A stretch of 64,000 nucleotides of DNA from an uncultured Rivularia sp. (lineage in GTDB: Bacteria; Cyanobacteriota; Cyanobacteriia; Cyanobacteriales; Nostocaceae): assembly GCA_963665115.1 (NCBI GenBank), contig OY762007.1, positions 2,304,001 through 2,368,000 of the forward strand. The letters run 5' to 3'. The notes under the pieces are model-generated. The model was not told the origin of the DNA, did not search any database, and saw only the letters and a list, made by a program, of their open reading frames with translations. The first letter of the stretch is position 1. The number at the start of each line of letters is the position of its first letter. Below, one piece after another: positions 53,729-63,990 of this stretch. Position numbers and translations under genes: made by a program.

Positions 53729-54056
53729 GTAGTGGGAGCGTCTCGCTCCCTCGTGGAATTATCGCGCAGCATCTCGTCACGTCTCGTTGCTACTTGGTGG
53801 AATTATCGCGCAGCATCTCGTCACGTCCCCCGTTGCTACTTGGTGGAATCATCGCGCAGCGTCTCGTCTCGTCGCTCCCTCGTGGAATCATCGCGCAGCG
53901 TGCCGTCGCGTCGCTACTTGGTGGAATCATCGCGCAGCATCTCGTCGCGTCGCTACTTGGTGGAATCATCGCGCAGCGTGCCGTCGCGTCGCAAATCATC
54001 GCCCTTTGTCTTGCTTCCTATTCGCAAGCAGCTAGCGAGCAAGATGCTCGCACTAC
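53729..54056. repeat. Inverted REP pair enclosing six tandem 39-46-bp GC-rich units
   Basis: GTAGTGGGAGCGTCTCGCTCCC ... GCGAGCAAGATGCTCGCACTAC; units GTGGAATYATCGCGCAGC at 53753, 53797, 53843, 53882, 53921, 53960. Confidence 0.85.
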
Positions 54057-54136
54057 TAAAGGGCGTATTATTCCTAACTAATAACTCTTAGCTCCTAAAT
54101 ACTCCCAATGCCCAATGCCCAATGCCCAATCCCCAT

Positions 54137-55399
54137 TCATGCAATACTTCCTCTCTTACGTGCTTCTTTGTAAGAAGTTCCCACATTTTTTAAGCCAGCT
54201 TTAATCATTTGTCGCTCTAATAAACCGAAGAAACGAGAGCGATCGCCACCTCTAACAACTGCTTGGTTGTGGGATTCTGCTAATGCTACTGGATAACCAT
54301 ATCCTTTATGAACTTGTGCCAGCATTAACCCCAAGGATTCTTCAAACATTTCAGTATCTTCTACTACCCATTGTGGAAATTCTACCCGTGCTATTTCTGT
54401 ACCCACATGAACGTAACAAAAGTAAATTTGCTGATCTTCATATAAATCTAAAATTCGTGAATTACTCTTCCATAAAGGACTCCGCTGTCCCGGTTTGAGT
54501 TGAGTACTCCACAAAGTACTATCTCGCAATCCCTCAAACAGTTTGCAAGGAATCTTCTCCATTTGATTGGGACAAAAACTCATACAGTCAGGTGCTTTAT
54601 GCGGACAAGCTGACAACCGGAAAAAGTTCATCCCTTCAATACTCCGAGAAGCACTCAAATAACCCATTACAGGAATACCTGCTTCCCGTAAATCCTTCCA
54701 AGATTCTAAAATCGGCGGTAAAATATGTTCTCTCGCATCGTAAGGTAATTGTTCCAAGAACCAGTAGATTAGCGAACCATCTACCATTGCTAATCTAGGT
54801 ATTCTTTCTGAGGTGGTGGTAGAGGGGGTAGAATTTTCTTCTGCTTTATCCCCTTGTTCCCTTGTCTCCTTGTCTCCTTGTCCCCCCATCCCCGCCGTGG
54901 CAGCAATAGCCAATTCTGACAACACTACTGCTTCACTCGCGGTGCGTCGGTAGCTCATCCATTCTTCGGTTCTAATGCCCCACTGACGAGACATATATAA
55001 ATCTTCGGGACGATAGAATATCTCCGGTAAACTATCTAGGATAGGGTGTTTATTTTGTCCATAATGTAATACTACTCTACCGATATTGAGTAGATAACAA
55101 TAAGCAATTTCGTGGTGATTGGGAGCAATTTGAGAACCGTCTGTGGCGATGACAGTATGAGTTTTGGGAGGAACCATGATATCAATACAGGTGTGTAATG
55201 GTTCCACCGGAGTTGCATTCGCAAACAAAATGCGATCGCGCCATTTTTGTTGGGTTTGAACTAGCTCATTTTGGTTATCAAAAGCATATTCAAGATGTTT
55301 CATCCCCAATTGCAAACGTTGACGATTCGCTTCAGCTTCAGTCGTCAAATGTTGACTCAAACCACGCATTTGTCCGGCAAGTTTACTAAGATCCAGCAT
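54137..55399 (-). CDS. NurA-domain nuclease
   Basis: IATDGSQI, AMVDGSL, GYGYPVALAESHNQA. Confidence 0.88.
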   Translation of the reverse strand: MLDLSKLAGQMRGLSQHLTTEAEANRQRLQLGMKHLEYAFDNQNELVQTQQKWRDRILFANATPVEPLHTCIDIMVPPKTHTVIATDGSQIAPNHHEIAYCYLLNIGRVVLHYGQNKHPILDSLPEIFYRPEDLYMSRQWGIRTEEWMSYRRTASEAVVLSELAIAATAGMGGQGDKETREQGDKAEENSTPSTTTSERIPRLAMVDGSLIYWFLEQLPYDAREHILPPILESWKDLREAGIPVMGYLSASRSIEGMNFFRLSACPHKAPDCMSFCPNQMEKIPCKLFEGLRDSTLWSTQLKPGQRSPLWKSNSRILDLYEDQQIYFCYVHVGTEIARVEFPQWVVEDTEMFEESLGLMLAQVHKGYGYPVALAESHNQAVVRGGDRSRFFGLLERQMIKAGLKNVGTSYKEARKRGSIA

Positions 55400-55605
55400 A
55401 ATCAGTTATCAGTGAACAGTGAACAGTTATAAGTTTTAGATTTTAGATTTTAGATTTTAGATTTTGGATTTTAGATTGAAGATAAGGAGTTATCAGTTAA
55501 GAATGAATTAGTAATTAATTTTTTATTTCTACCCCCTCTTCCCCCTCTACCCTCTCTACCCCCTTTCTGTTTTCCAATCCCCAATCCCCAATTCCCAATG
55601 CCCAA

Positions 55606-56394
55606 TTATTGTTGCCATTCACCGAAGTCTTGAGTAAATTGAGCCAGCGATATTAAGCTGATTCGCATATCTTTTTGGGCATTTTCTCTTTCTGTGGGTG
55701 TATTATAACCCCAGTCGCAGAGAAACAATTCTACGTCTTCTAAATCTTCTTGTTGTTTAACTTTTTGTAATGTTTTGATTCTATCTTCTACAAACCATAG
55801 ACTAACTGATAAGTCGTTCGATTCTTGCTTTAATTCTCGCAATATTTCGTATTTAGGACGCTTTTCTTCTTTACCAAAAATTGCTTCTCTAGGTAAATCA
55901 AAGCCTGCTTTTTGTAATAGCTCTTTGACAAAACGCCCTTCTTTAGTTGTAACTATATATAGTGCAGTTTGAGTATTATAGATATTTTGAATTCTTTCAA
56001 CTACTCCTGGATAAAATTTATGCATATTTAGCCAACCATCCAAATCATTGGCAATCCATTCATCGCGCTGTTTATCTAAGGTATCAGCAATTTCCTGGGA
56101 TGAAAAATCATTTTGACGAAGAATTTTTTGAGAAATATCGCTCCATTCTTGCAATATTTTATCTTCTTCAAATCCTTCTAATAATGCTTTAACTAAAACG
56201 GGCATTTCCCAGCCAGTTTCAATTACTGGACGAAGGCGATAAAATTTATTAGCTAATTCTTCTGATTGATTTTGGTTAGCACAAGGCCAAAATTTGCAGT
56301 GAGTACGCCAAGCTACCTGAAAGTATTCTATCAAGCCGTTACAGATTACACCATCGAAGTCAAGAGCTAAAATTGTGGGGCTAATTGCTGTCAT
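55606..56394 (-). CDS. HAD-family hydrolase
   Basis: ALDFDGVI, IVTTK, FVEDR, WGYN. Confidence 0.9.
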   Translation of the reverse strand: MTAISPTILALDFDGVICNGLIEYFQVAWRTHCKFWPCANQNQSEELANKFYRLRPVIETGWEMPVLVKALLEGFEEDKILQEWSDISQKILRQNDFSSQEIADTLDKQRDEWIANDLDGWLNMHKFYPGVVERIQNIYNTQTALYIVTTKEGRFVKELLQKAGFDLPREAIFGKEEKRPKYEILRELKQESNDLSVSLWFVEDRIKTLQKVKQQEDLEDVELFLCDWGYNTPTERENAQKDMRISLISLAQFTQDFGEWQQ

Positions 56395-56524
56395 TTTCTG
56401 AGTGCGCGAAACTGCTTTTGTTAGCTTATCTAATTTGCGGGGATTCTGTACCTTTTTTCTTTAAATATTACTATCAGGAAAGTAGTTAGAATTAAGATAA
56501 ATTCGTCTGATATAACAACAAGTT

Positions 56525-57383
56525 ATGAATAACCCCTTTCCAGGAATTAACCCATATTTGGAACAGCCAGAATTATGGCATCAAGTTCATAACCGCTTGA
56601 TTGTAGCAATTGCCGATCAAATAACTCCACAAGTAGTTCCTCAATATCACGTTGCTATCGAAGAACGAGTTTATAGCAGTATTTCAGATAATTTGCTGGT
56701 AGGAATTGCAGATGTAGCGGTTTCCCGAGGTAATGATTCTAGTAAGGCTGTAGCTGTGATGACACAGGAACTAGTTCAACCTAAAAAAGTATCGGTACCC
56801 GTACCTGAAGAAACAACAGAAAGATTTTTAGAAGTTCGTTCGACGCAATCTGGAGAAGTAATTTCAGTAATTGAGATACTTTCACCTAAAAATATAGCGC
56901 TTCCCGGTCTATCAAGGTACATATCAAAACCTCACCCCTAACCCCTCTCCTTATTAAGGAGAGGGGGAGATAAAGAAAGCTGTACTTCACCAGATTGAGA
57001 AACGCTATAAACGTTCTAAACAAGGTAGAGAAGCTTACGAAAATAAACGCAATAAAATATTAGCATCACAAACCAGCTTCATTGAAATTGATTTATTACG
57101 CGCTGGCGAACCAATGCTTATCTTAGGAGCATCTATTACAGATTATTATATTTTAGTTAGTAGAGGATACCAAAGACCGGAAGCAGATTTATATGGGTTT
57201 AATTTAAAAGAATCTATTCCTATTTTTCCCGTTCCTTTAAAACAATCCGAGAAAGAACCTTTAATAGATTTACAAGAGTTATTGAATGAAGTTTATCAAA
57301 AAGCTAGGTTTGATTTAGTGATTGATTATTCACAATCGGTAAAACCTGCTTTGTCTGTAGAAGATAAAAGTTGGGTGGAATAA
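56525..57383 (+). pseudogene. DUF4058-family gene interrupted by a MITE
   Basis: NPFPGINPYLE start; excising 115 bp restores IEILSPKNKRSKQGREAYENKR..IEIDLLRAG. Confidence 0.9.
56895..57007. mobile_element. 113-bp MITE with TA target duplication
   Basis: TA|TAGCG...CGCTA|TA; internal AGGTACA/TGTACTT; core hairpin CCCCTCTCCTT..AAGGAGAGGGG. Confidence 0.85.
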
Positions 57384-57492
57384 ATTTTGAAGTAATAAAT
57401 CCAAATTTTGGAGAAGCGATAAATCGCTTACTACGAACCAGGAATAAGTTATTTGTTTAGCCCCCTCCAACAAGGGGGGTTGGGGGGATATT

Positions 57493-59301
57493 CTACAACT
57501 CTTCAGAAATTGTCACCTCTTTAGAAAGATGTTTAAACCAGGTAAAGTACAAGGCTATTGAAAGCACAATAAATACTGCTAAGAGAGTACCAAAAATATC
57601 CCAGCGCTTCATCATGAAGGTAATTCCTAACATAAACAAAGTCAATTGCCAGGGAATTGCAATCAATGTAGAAAGAATATCGCGACGGTTTTCGTTTTGA
57701 ATTTTCTGCTGAATATTCGCTGGAAGGTTTTTCCGCACGATTCCCCAAAAACCAAATGGTCTGGTAACTTTATAGAAGTTATCTATTACCTGTAAATCGG
57801 TTGCTTCTGTTGTAAATGTGCCGATGATGCAGCCTAATAATGAGGAAATACTAGGAATGAGAAACGAAGCATATTCTTGAAACTGTGAATCTATATTTTT
57901 GACGATCAATGCTTTAGTAACTATTGCTGCTAACATTCCTGCTGCGGTACCAACAGCAAATCCATAACCGTTAAATCGCCACCAATACCACCTTAAGACT
58001 AAAGGAATTGACAATCCCGCACCCAATCCCAAAGTAAGCCATCCCCAAATTTCGTTTATATTTTTAATTTGGTAGCTAAACAGCATTCCTACAACTACAA
58101 TTACCACCGATGCTAAACGACTTTGGGTAATTAATTGTTGGTTCGATGCTTGAGGTTTTAGATATGCTTGATAAATATCTTTCACCCAGTAAGCAGCGCT
58201 GGAATTAATTATAGAATCAAAAGTAGACATCGCCGCCGCAATAAAACAAGCTATCAACAATCCTTTAATTCCTACCGGCACGTATTCCCCAATTACCGTG
58301 GGTAAAATCAATTCTGGATCTGCTATAACTTCTTGAGTTGCGCCGTAATGAATCCCCAACATAGCAAAAGCAGTAACAAGTGGCCATCGAAATGAAAGTA
58401 AAAGAATCCAAAACAAGGAAAGTAAACCCGCTTCTCTATCGCTTTTCGCAGCAAAGTAACGTTGAATCATATAGCCACCACCACCCCCAATACCTGCCAT
58501 ACATTCTTTTAAGAAATAAAAGAAAATTACCCCACCAAATAAGTTAAATGCAGAATAGTCCCCAGGTAAATCTAACGTTAAAGATGGTGAAATACTGCTC
58601 CAGTCAAGAAAATTCCACTGCTGTAATTCAAAACCATCGCCAGAAGGAATCGAAACTGAAAATGTTTCGGGGATAGTTGCAGTTTGCAGGGCTAATATAC
58701 AAACGTAAATTATCGCGACAAAAATCAAAATGCCTTGAAAAACATCAGTCCAAACGACACCGTAAAAACCACTAGCAGCCGTATATACCAAAGCCAGAGA
58801 AACTAGGGCAATAGAAGCAAGTTCATCGTTAATACCAAGGAATTGACCTAAAAATTTACCACCCGCAAGAGTAAAATAGCTCATCGCACCCACCGCAAAC
58901 ATTAGATTTGCGATCGCGCTAATAATCCGAGCCGTATTTCCTTCCTTTCCTTCCCCAAAACGCAACCGCATCCACTCAGCTAACGTCATCACCTGAGCGC
59001 GACGATTCCATTTACCCATGAAAATCATCAAAATCGCCATGATTAACACTACACCACCGCGAATTTCGATAAAAAATCCTTTGGCTCCCACCGCGTAAAT
59101 CAAAGCGCTGATAATCATCGTACCCGCCAAATCGGTATTCGATGCCATTCCCGAAGCACCCAAAACCCACCAAGGCATACTGCGGTTTCCTAAGAAATAG
59201 GAATCAATACCCAAGCGAGCTTTGCGCTCCAGATAAATCCCAAAGATTACTATAGAAATTAAGTAAACAGCAATAATAAGATAGTCAACTAGCTGTAGCA
59301 T
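57493..59301 (-). CDS. Sodium:solute symporter family protein
   Basis: YFLGNRSMPWW, VVWTDVFQ, IQRYFAAKS, AAAMSTFDS. Confidence 0.92.
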   Translation of the reverse strand: MLQLVDYLIIAVYLISIVIFGIYLERKARLGIDSYFLGNRSMPWWVLGASGMASNTDLAGTMIISALIYAVGAKGFFIEIRGGVVLIMAILMIFMGKWNRRAQVMTLAEWMRLRFGEGKEGNTARIISAIANLMFAVGAMSYFTLAGGKFLGQFLGINDELASIALVSLALVYTAASGFYGVVWTDVFQGILIFVAIIYVCILALQTATIPETFSVSIPSGDGFELQQWNFLDWSSISPSLTLDLPGDYSAFNLFGGVIFFYFLKECMAGIGGGGGYMIQRYFAAKSDREAGLLSLFWILLLSFRWPLVTAFAMLGIHYGATQEVIADPELILPTVIGEYVPVGIKGLLIACFIAAAMSTFDSIINSSAAYWVKDIYQAYLKPQASNQQLITQSRLASVVIVVVGMLFSYQIKNINEIWGWLTLGLGAGLSIPLVLRWYWWRFNGYGFAVGTAAGMLAAIVTKALIVKNIDSQFQEYASFLIPSISSLLGCIIGTFTTEATDLQVIDNFYKVTRPFGFWGIVRKNLPANIQQKIQNENRRDILSTLIAIPWQLTLFMLGITFMMKRWDIFGTLLAVFIVLSIALYFTWFKHLSKEVTISEEL

Positions 59302-59534
59302 GAATTTTTTAGCCGTAAGTAATAACAGGGAAGATACAGCAAACCCCTGTTTGCATCAAGTCTGTTATTTGACGGTTTGGGTTTCCGTGGTTAATTCATG
59401 CTTCTGTTTTAAAAGATGGGGGATAAGAAGAGAGGGAGTGCGAGCCGGAAAGCTCGCTGGTTGTAACGAGGGAGCGAGACGCTCCCACTACAAATGCATT
59501 ACCCCGCAAAATTAATGTGGTGAAGTAATAGTTA

Positions 59535-59707
59535 GTAGGTTGGGTTAGGTGCATGGAAAATTGTAATATCTCAACAAAAAATTAATTTCAGCACCGTAAC
59601 CCAAGATTAAATTGCGGACAGTTCAAAATGGTGATGTTGGGTTACGACAAGATAATCATATTTTGCATCAAAAACGAAATTCCCGAATCGTGTCTAACCC
59701 AACCTAC
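59535..59707. repeat. REPIN-like nested inverted repeat (second REP class)
   Basis: GTAGGTTGGGTTAG / CTAACCCAACCTAC perfect 14-bp IR with inner CGTAACCCAA/TTGGGTTACG. Confidence 0.75.
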
Positions 59708-59724
59708 GAGGTGAATAATTTTAT

Positions 59725-60567
59725 CTAATTCTTCTTTATATTTGTCAAAACACCATGAGCGGGACTAAATAACAATGACAGTACAAACAATCCCGATACA
59801 ACTAGCACAATAGCAGGGCCGGAAGGTAAATTATAAAAGTAGCTCAAATACATCCCGCTGATACTGGAAATTACTCCAATTATTGCGCCCAATATCATCA
59901 CTTCATGCAGGCGTTTTACTAATAAATAAGCCGTTGCTCCCGGCGTTATCAATAATGATAAAACTAATATTACGCCAACGGCTTTGAGACTAGCAACAAT
60001 TGTCAAAGCTATAATTACCATCAACCCAAAATTAAGCCGATTTACTGGCAAACCAGCAGCTTGCGCTCCTAATGGATCGAAAGTGTAAAATAATAATTCT
60101 TTGTATAGTAGAAATACTACTATTAGTACAACAGCCGCAATTACAGCAATATCTCGCATATCTGAAACGGTAACGCCGAGAATATTACCAAAAAGAAAGT
60201 GATTTAAATCGATTTTATTATCCTTCTGAACAATAGTAATTAACGTCACCCCCAACGCAAAAAACGCCGAGAATACAATTCCCATCGCTGCATCTTCCTT
60301 AATCGGCGATCGCGTTCTAATCCAGGTAATCACCATCGTGCTGAGAACCCCCGCAATAAAGGCTCCTACAAAAATATTCATCCCCAAAATAAAGGCGATC
60401 GCCAACCCCGGCAGCACCGAATGACTAATCGCATCACCCAGCAAAGCCAACCGCTGCACCATCAAATAACTACCAACAACCGCACACAGCAAACCCACCA
60501 AAACAGCAACAATCAGCGAACGTTGCATAAAGCTGTATTTTAACGGTTCAATTAACGATTCAAACAT
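59725..60567 (-). CDS. mntB: Mn/Zn ABC transporter permease
   Basis: LLGDAISHSVLPG, KEDAAMG, LFGNILGV; symbol rests on the ManR-type boxes. Confidence 0.85.
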   Translation of the reverse strand: MFESLIEPLKYSFMQRSLIVAVLVGLLCAVVGSYLMVQRLALLGDAISHSVLPGLAIAFILGMNIFVGAFIAGVLSTMVITWIRTRSPIKEDAAMGIVFSAFFALGVTLITIVQKDNKIDLNHFLFGNILGVTVSDMRDIAVIAAVVLIVVFLLYKELLFYTFDPLGAQAAGLPVNRLNFGLMVIIALTIVASLKAVGVILVLSLLITPGATAYLLVKRLHEVMILGAIIGVISSISGMYLSYFYNLPSGPAIVLVVSGLFVLSLLFSPAHGVLTNIKKN

Positions 60568-60648
60568 TTTCAGTTATCAATTATCAATTATCAGTTATCA
60601 GTTATCAGCTACCAATTGTTCATTGTTCATTGATAATTGTTCATTGAC

Positions 60649-61458
60649 TCACGCTGCATCTGAAAAGTACATCACTTTTCCACCGTAGGCGCGGTATAAA
60701 TTGTCTTCTGTCAAAACTTGTCTTCTGGAACCCGTACTTACTATTTCGCGATTCAATAAAATTATGTCGTGGAAGTGGGTGGTTGTTTCGCCTAAGTCGT
60801 GGTTAACTACTAATACGGTTTTTCCGGCGGTTGCTAGTTCTTGAAAGACTTCAAACAATACCGTTTGAGTTTTTTGATCGATTCCTACGAAGGGTTCGTC
60901 AAAACAAAATATTTCTGCTTCTTGGGCTAATGCTCTGGCTAAAAATACTCGTTGCTGCTGTCCCCCGGAAAGTTGTCCGATGGCTCTGCTGCGGTATTCA
61001 CTCATGCCGACTCTTTCTAAGGCACTTTTTGCTACCCGACGACTCACCCCCGAAAAACTCCGCAGCCATCCGGTTTTCTTGACTCTTCCCATCATCACCA
61101 CATCCCATACGGTGGCGGGATATGTCCAGTCTATTTGACTGCGTTGGGGTACGTAAGCGACTTTTTCTAACTGTTGCGTTAAGGGTTTACCTTGATATAA
61201 AACTGTTCCGCTACTGTCAACTAATCCCAACATCGCTTTCATCAAAGTACTTTTGCCAGCACCGTTAGGACCATAAATACCCGTCAATCGTCCCGGTTTG
61301 ATAACACAATTAACGTCTCTGAGGGCTTCAAGACTGCGATAGCGTACTCCTACATGGGCAATGTTAATACTTGCCTTATGTAGCTTTGTCGCATCTTGGA
61401 TGTTGTAGACGCGCTTTTTAATTGGGTTATCGTCTGGCGAAAAGTTTACACTTTGCAT
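60649..61458 (-). CDS. mntA: Mn/Zn ABC transporter ATPase
   Basis: GPNGAGKST, YVPQR, LSGGQQQR, DEPF. Confidence 0.85.
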   Translation of the reverse strand: MQSVNFSPDDNPIKKRVYNIQDATKLHKASINIAHVGVRYRSLEALRDVNCVIKPGRLTGIYGPNGAGKSTLMKAMLGLVDSSGTVLYQGKPLTQQLEKVAYVPQRSQIDWTYPATVWDVVMMGRVKKTGWLRSFSGVSRRVAKSALERVGMSEYRSRAIGQLSGGQQQRVFLARALAQEAEIFCFDEPFVGIDQKTQTVLFEVFQELATAGKTVLVVNHDLGETTTHFHDIILLNREIVSTGSRRQVLTEDNLYRAYGGKVMYFSDAA

Positions 61459-61484
61459 GAGATTATTAACCGAAGCAAATGAAA

Positions 61485-61537
61485 AATGAAAAGATTATGA
61501 GAATACTGTAACTTAAAAAATGAAAGAATTATGAGAA
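61485..61537. promoter_or_regulatory. Two ManR-type boxes in the divergent mnt promoter
   Basis: AATGAAAAGATTATGAGAA (61485-61503) and AATGAAAGAATTATGAGAA (61519-61537). Confidence 0.7.
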
Positions 61538-61552
61538 CCTTTGATATATATT

Positions 61553-62494
61553 ATGCGAGCGTTTACTCATTCCCAGGGCAGATATTTTTTAGGTACGTTA
61601 TTAGGGATACTTTTAGGATTATCAGTAAATGCGTGCAGTCAAGTCAATTCTGATTCGGCAGATGATGGAAAACCCGATGTGGTTGCAACCAGTACGATAA
61701 TCGCCGATTTAGCCAAAAATATAGGTGGAGACGAGATTGATTTAACCAGTATTTTAACGCCGGGAACCGATCCTCACGTATACGAACCGGTACCTAGAGA
61801 TACGATTTATTTGGAAGAAGCAGAACTAATTTTATACAACGGTTTTAATCTCGAACCGGGGCTAATTAAATTGATCGAAGCAGCAGGTGTGAAAGCCGAT
61901 AAATTAGCCGTCGGGGAAGTAGTCGAACCCTTACAACTAGATAAAGGAGGAAAAGCTACAGTACCCGATCCTCATATTTGGGGTGATGTAGAAAACGCGA
62001 TTAAAATGTCAACTGCCATTCGCGATGCTTTAATTAAATTGTCGCCAGAAGACAAAGAGAAATTTACCGATAATGCAGAAGAATTAGTTAAGCAATTGAA
62101 GCAGTTAGATGATTCGATAACTCAACAAATTGCAACCATTCCCAAAGAAAAGCGAAAATTAATTACAACCCACGATGCATTTCAATATTACGGACGCGCT
62201 TATGATATACCAGTTGCAGGTACATTGATTGGTATCAGCACCGAAGAACAACCAAGCGCCCAAACCGTGAAAAAATTAGTGGAAGAAGTCAAAAGAACGG
62301 GTGTTAAAGCAATATTTGCCGAAACAACAATCAATCCAGCTTTAATCAAAACAGTTGCTCAAGAAGCAAACATCAAACTAGCACCCAACGAATTATATTC
62401 AGATTCCATCGGCGCACCCGGCAGTAAAGGGGATTCTTATATTAAAATGATGAGAGCGAACACTAGTACTATTGTGGAAGCCTTGCGGGAATGA
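61553..62494 (+). CDS. mntC: Mn/Zn ABC substrate-binding lipoprotein
   Basis: Lipobox VNAC; DPHVYEP, DPHIW, THDAF, LYSDS. Confidence 0.85.
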   Translation: MRAFTHSQGRYFLGTLLGILLGLSVNACSQVNSDSADDGKPDVVATSTIIADLAKNIGGDEIDLTSILTPGTDPHVYEPVPRDTIYLEEAELILYNGFNLEPGLIKLIEAAGVKADKLAVGEVVEPLQLDKGGKATVPDPHIWGDVENAIKMSTAIRDALIKLSPEDKEKFTDNAEELVKQLKQLDDSITQQIATIPKEKRKLITTHDAFQYYGRAYDIPVAGTLIGISTEEQPSAQTVKKLVEEVKRTGVKAIFAETTINPALIKTVAQEANIKLAPNELYSDSIGAPGSKGDSYIKMMRANTSTIVEALRE

Positions 62495-62694
62495 TGGGAG
62501 AGGGGGAGACAAGGGGACAAGGAGAGGGGGAGAGGGGGAGATGGGGTAGAGGGGGTAGAGGGGGTAGAGGGGGAGATAATTTCTAACTCCTGACTCCTAA
62601 CTGTACAGACGTAGCACTGCTACGTCTCTACACTCCTAACTCCTAACTCCTAACTCCTAACTGTTCACTGTTTACTGTTCACTGTTCACTGAAA

Positions 62695-63990
62695 ATGCGT
62701 CCTATTGCTGTAGATTTGTTTGCGGGTGCGGGGGGAATGACTTTGGGTTTTGAACAAGCTGGTTTTGATGTGCTTGCTGCTGTAGAATTAGATCCGATTC
62801 ACTGTGCTATTCATGAATTTAATTTTCCGTTTTGGTCTACTTTGTGTGCGAGTGTAGATAAGATTTCGGGTAAGAAAATTAGAAGACTTTCAAAAATTAA
62901 AAAGAAAGAAATTGATGTTGTATTTGGTGGTTCTCCTTGTCAGGGTTTTTCGATGATGGGAAAACGGGCTTTAGATGACCCCAGAAACGCTTTGGTATTT
63001 CATTTTTTGCGATTAATTTTAGAGCTACAGCCAAAATATTTTGTATTTGAGAATGTACCGGGTTTAACTGTCGGAGAACATCGAAAGTTTTTATTAGAAG
63101 TAATTGAAGAGTTTGAAAAAAACGGTTATCGAGTAGAAGCTAATTACCAAGTTCTCAACGCCGCAAATTACGGAGTTCCTCAAGATAGAGCAAGATTATT
63201 TATTTTAGGATGCCGTCAAAATTTAAAGTTACCAAAATATCCCCAGCCACTGACAACACCTAAAATATCTAAGAAATCAAAATATATTGTAAATAAACCA
63301 GATTTACCAGCAACACCTACAGTGTGGGATGCTATTGCCGATTTACCAGAAGTTGAAAATTACGCCGAATTGATGGAGCGAGATTGGGCGATCGCTAAAT
63401 ATGGAAAACCTAGCGATTACAGCAGTAAGTTGCGCGGTATTTCATCAATTGAAAATGATTATTCTTACGAACGATTATTTGATAATTATTTTCTAACTTG
63501 CAGTACTCGTACAAAACATAGCTCGCAATCTATCGAAAGATTTAAAAAAACCGAACCAGGAAAAACCGAACCTGTAAGCCACTTTCATAAATTAGCAGCA
63601 AACGGCATTTGCAAAACCTTAAGGGCTGGAACACCGAGAAATCGTGGTGCTTTCACCTCTCCTCGTCCAATTCATCCCAAAACACCAAGATGTATTACCG
63701 TTAGAGAAGCAGCACGTTTGCATTCCTACCCCGACTGGTTTCGCTTTCACCTGACAAAATGGCATGGATTCCGACAAATAGGAAACTCAGTTCCACCTTT
63801 ATTAGCAAAGGCGATCGCTACAGAAATTATTCACGCTTTAGAAATAATTCCAGTTAAACCAGAGCAGAGACAGCCATTGGGTGATGATAGTTTATTGCAA
63901 TTAAATATGTCTCAAGCTGCTGAAAAATTCGGTGTTAATGAAAATATTATTGAGCGGAGGAAAAGGAAGAAGGTTAGTAAAGAAGTTTGA
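62695..63990 (+). CDS. DNA (cytosine-5)-methyltransferase
   Basis: DLFAGAGG, GGSPCQGFS, FENV, QDRAR, QIGNSVPP. Confidence 0.95.
   Translation: MRPIAVDLFAGAGGMTLGFEQAGFDVLAAVELDPIHCAIHEFNFPFWSTLCASVDKISGKKIRRLSKIKKKEIDVVFGGSPCQGFSMMGKRALDDPRNALVFHFLRLILELQPKYFVFENVPGLTVGEHRKFLLEVIEEFEKNGYRVEANYQVLNAANYGVPQDRARLFILGCRQNLKLPKYPQPLTTPKISKKSKYIVNKPDLPATPTVWDAIADLPEVENYAELMERDWAIAKYGKPSDYSSKLRGISSIENDYSYERLFDNYFLTCSTRTKHSSQSIERFKKTEPGKTEPVSHFHKLAANGICKTLRAGTPRNRGAFTSPRPIHPKTPRCITVREAARLHSYPDWFRFHLTKWHGFRQIGNSVPPLLAKAIATEIIHALEIIPVKPEQRQPLGDDSLLQLNMSQAAEKFGVNENIIERRKRKKVSKEV

Noticed and set aside
53753..54000. CRISPR array
   Set aside because: Inter-repeat segments are short, near-identical to each other, the head is only ~18 bp, and no cas genes are in the window
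53617..54091. Four overlapping ORFs
   Set aside because: Products of the 39-bp (3n) tandem repeat; no coding signature
62695..63990. Complete restriction-modification system
   Set aside because: No cognate endonuclease visible; the window ends 10 bp after the gene
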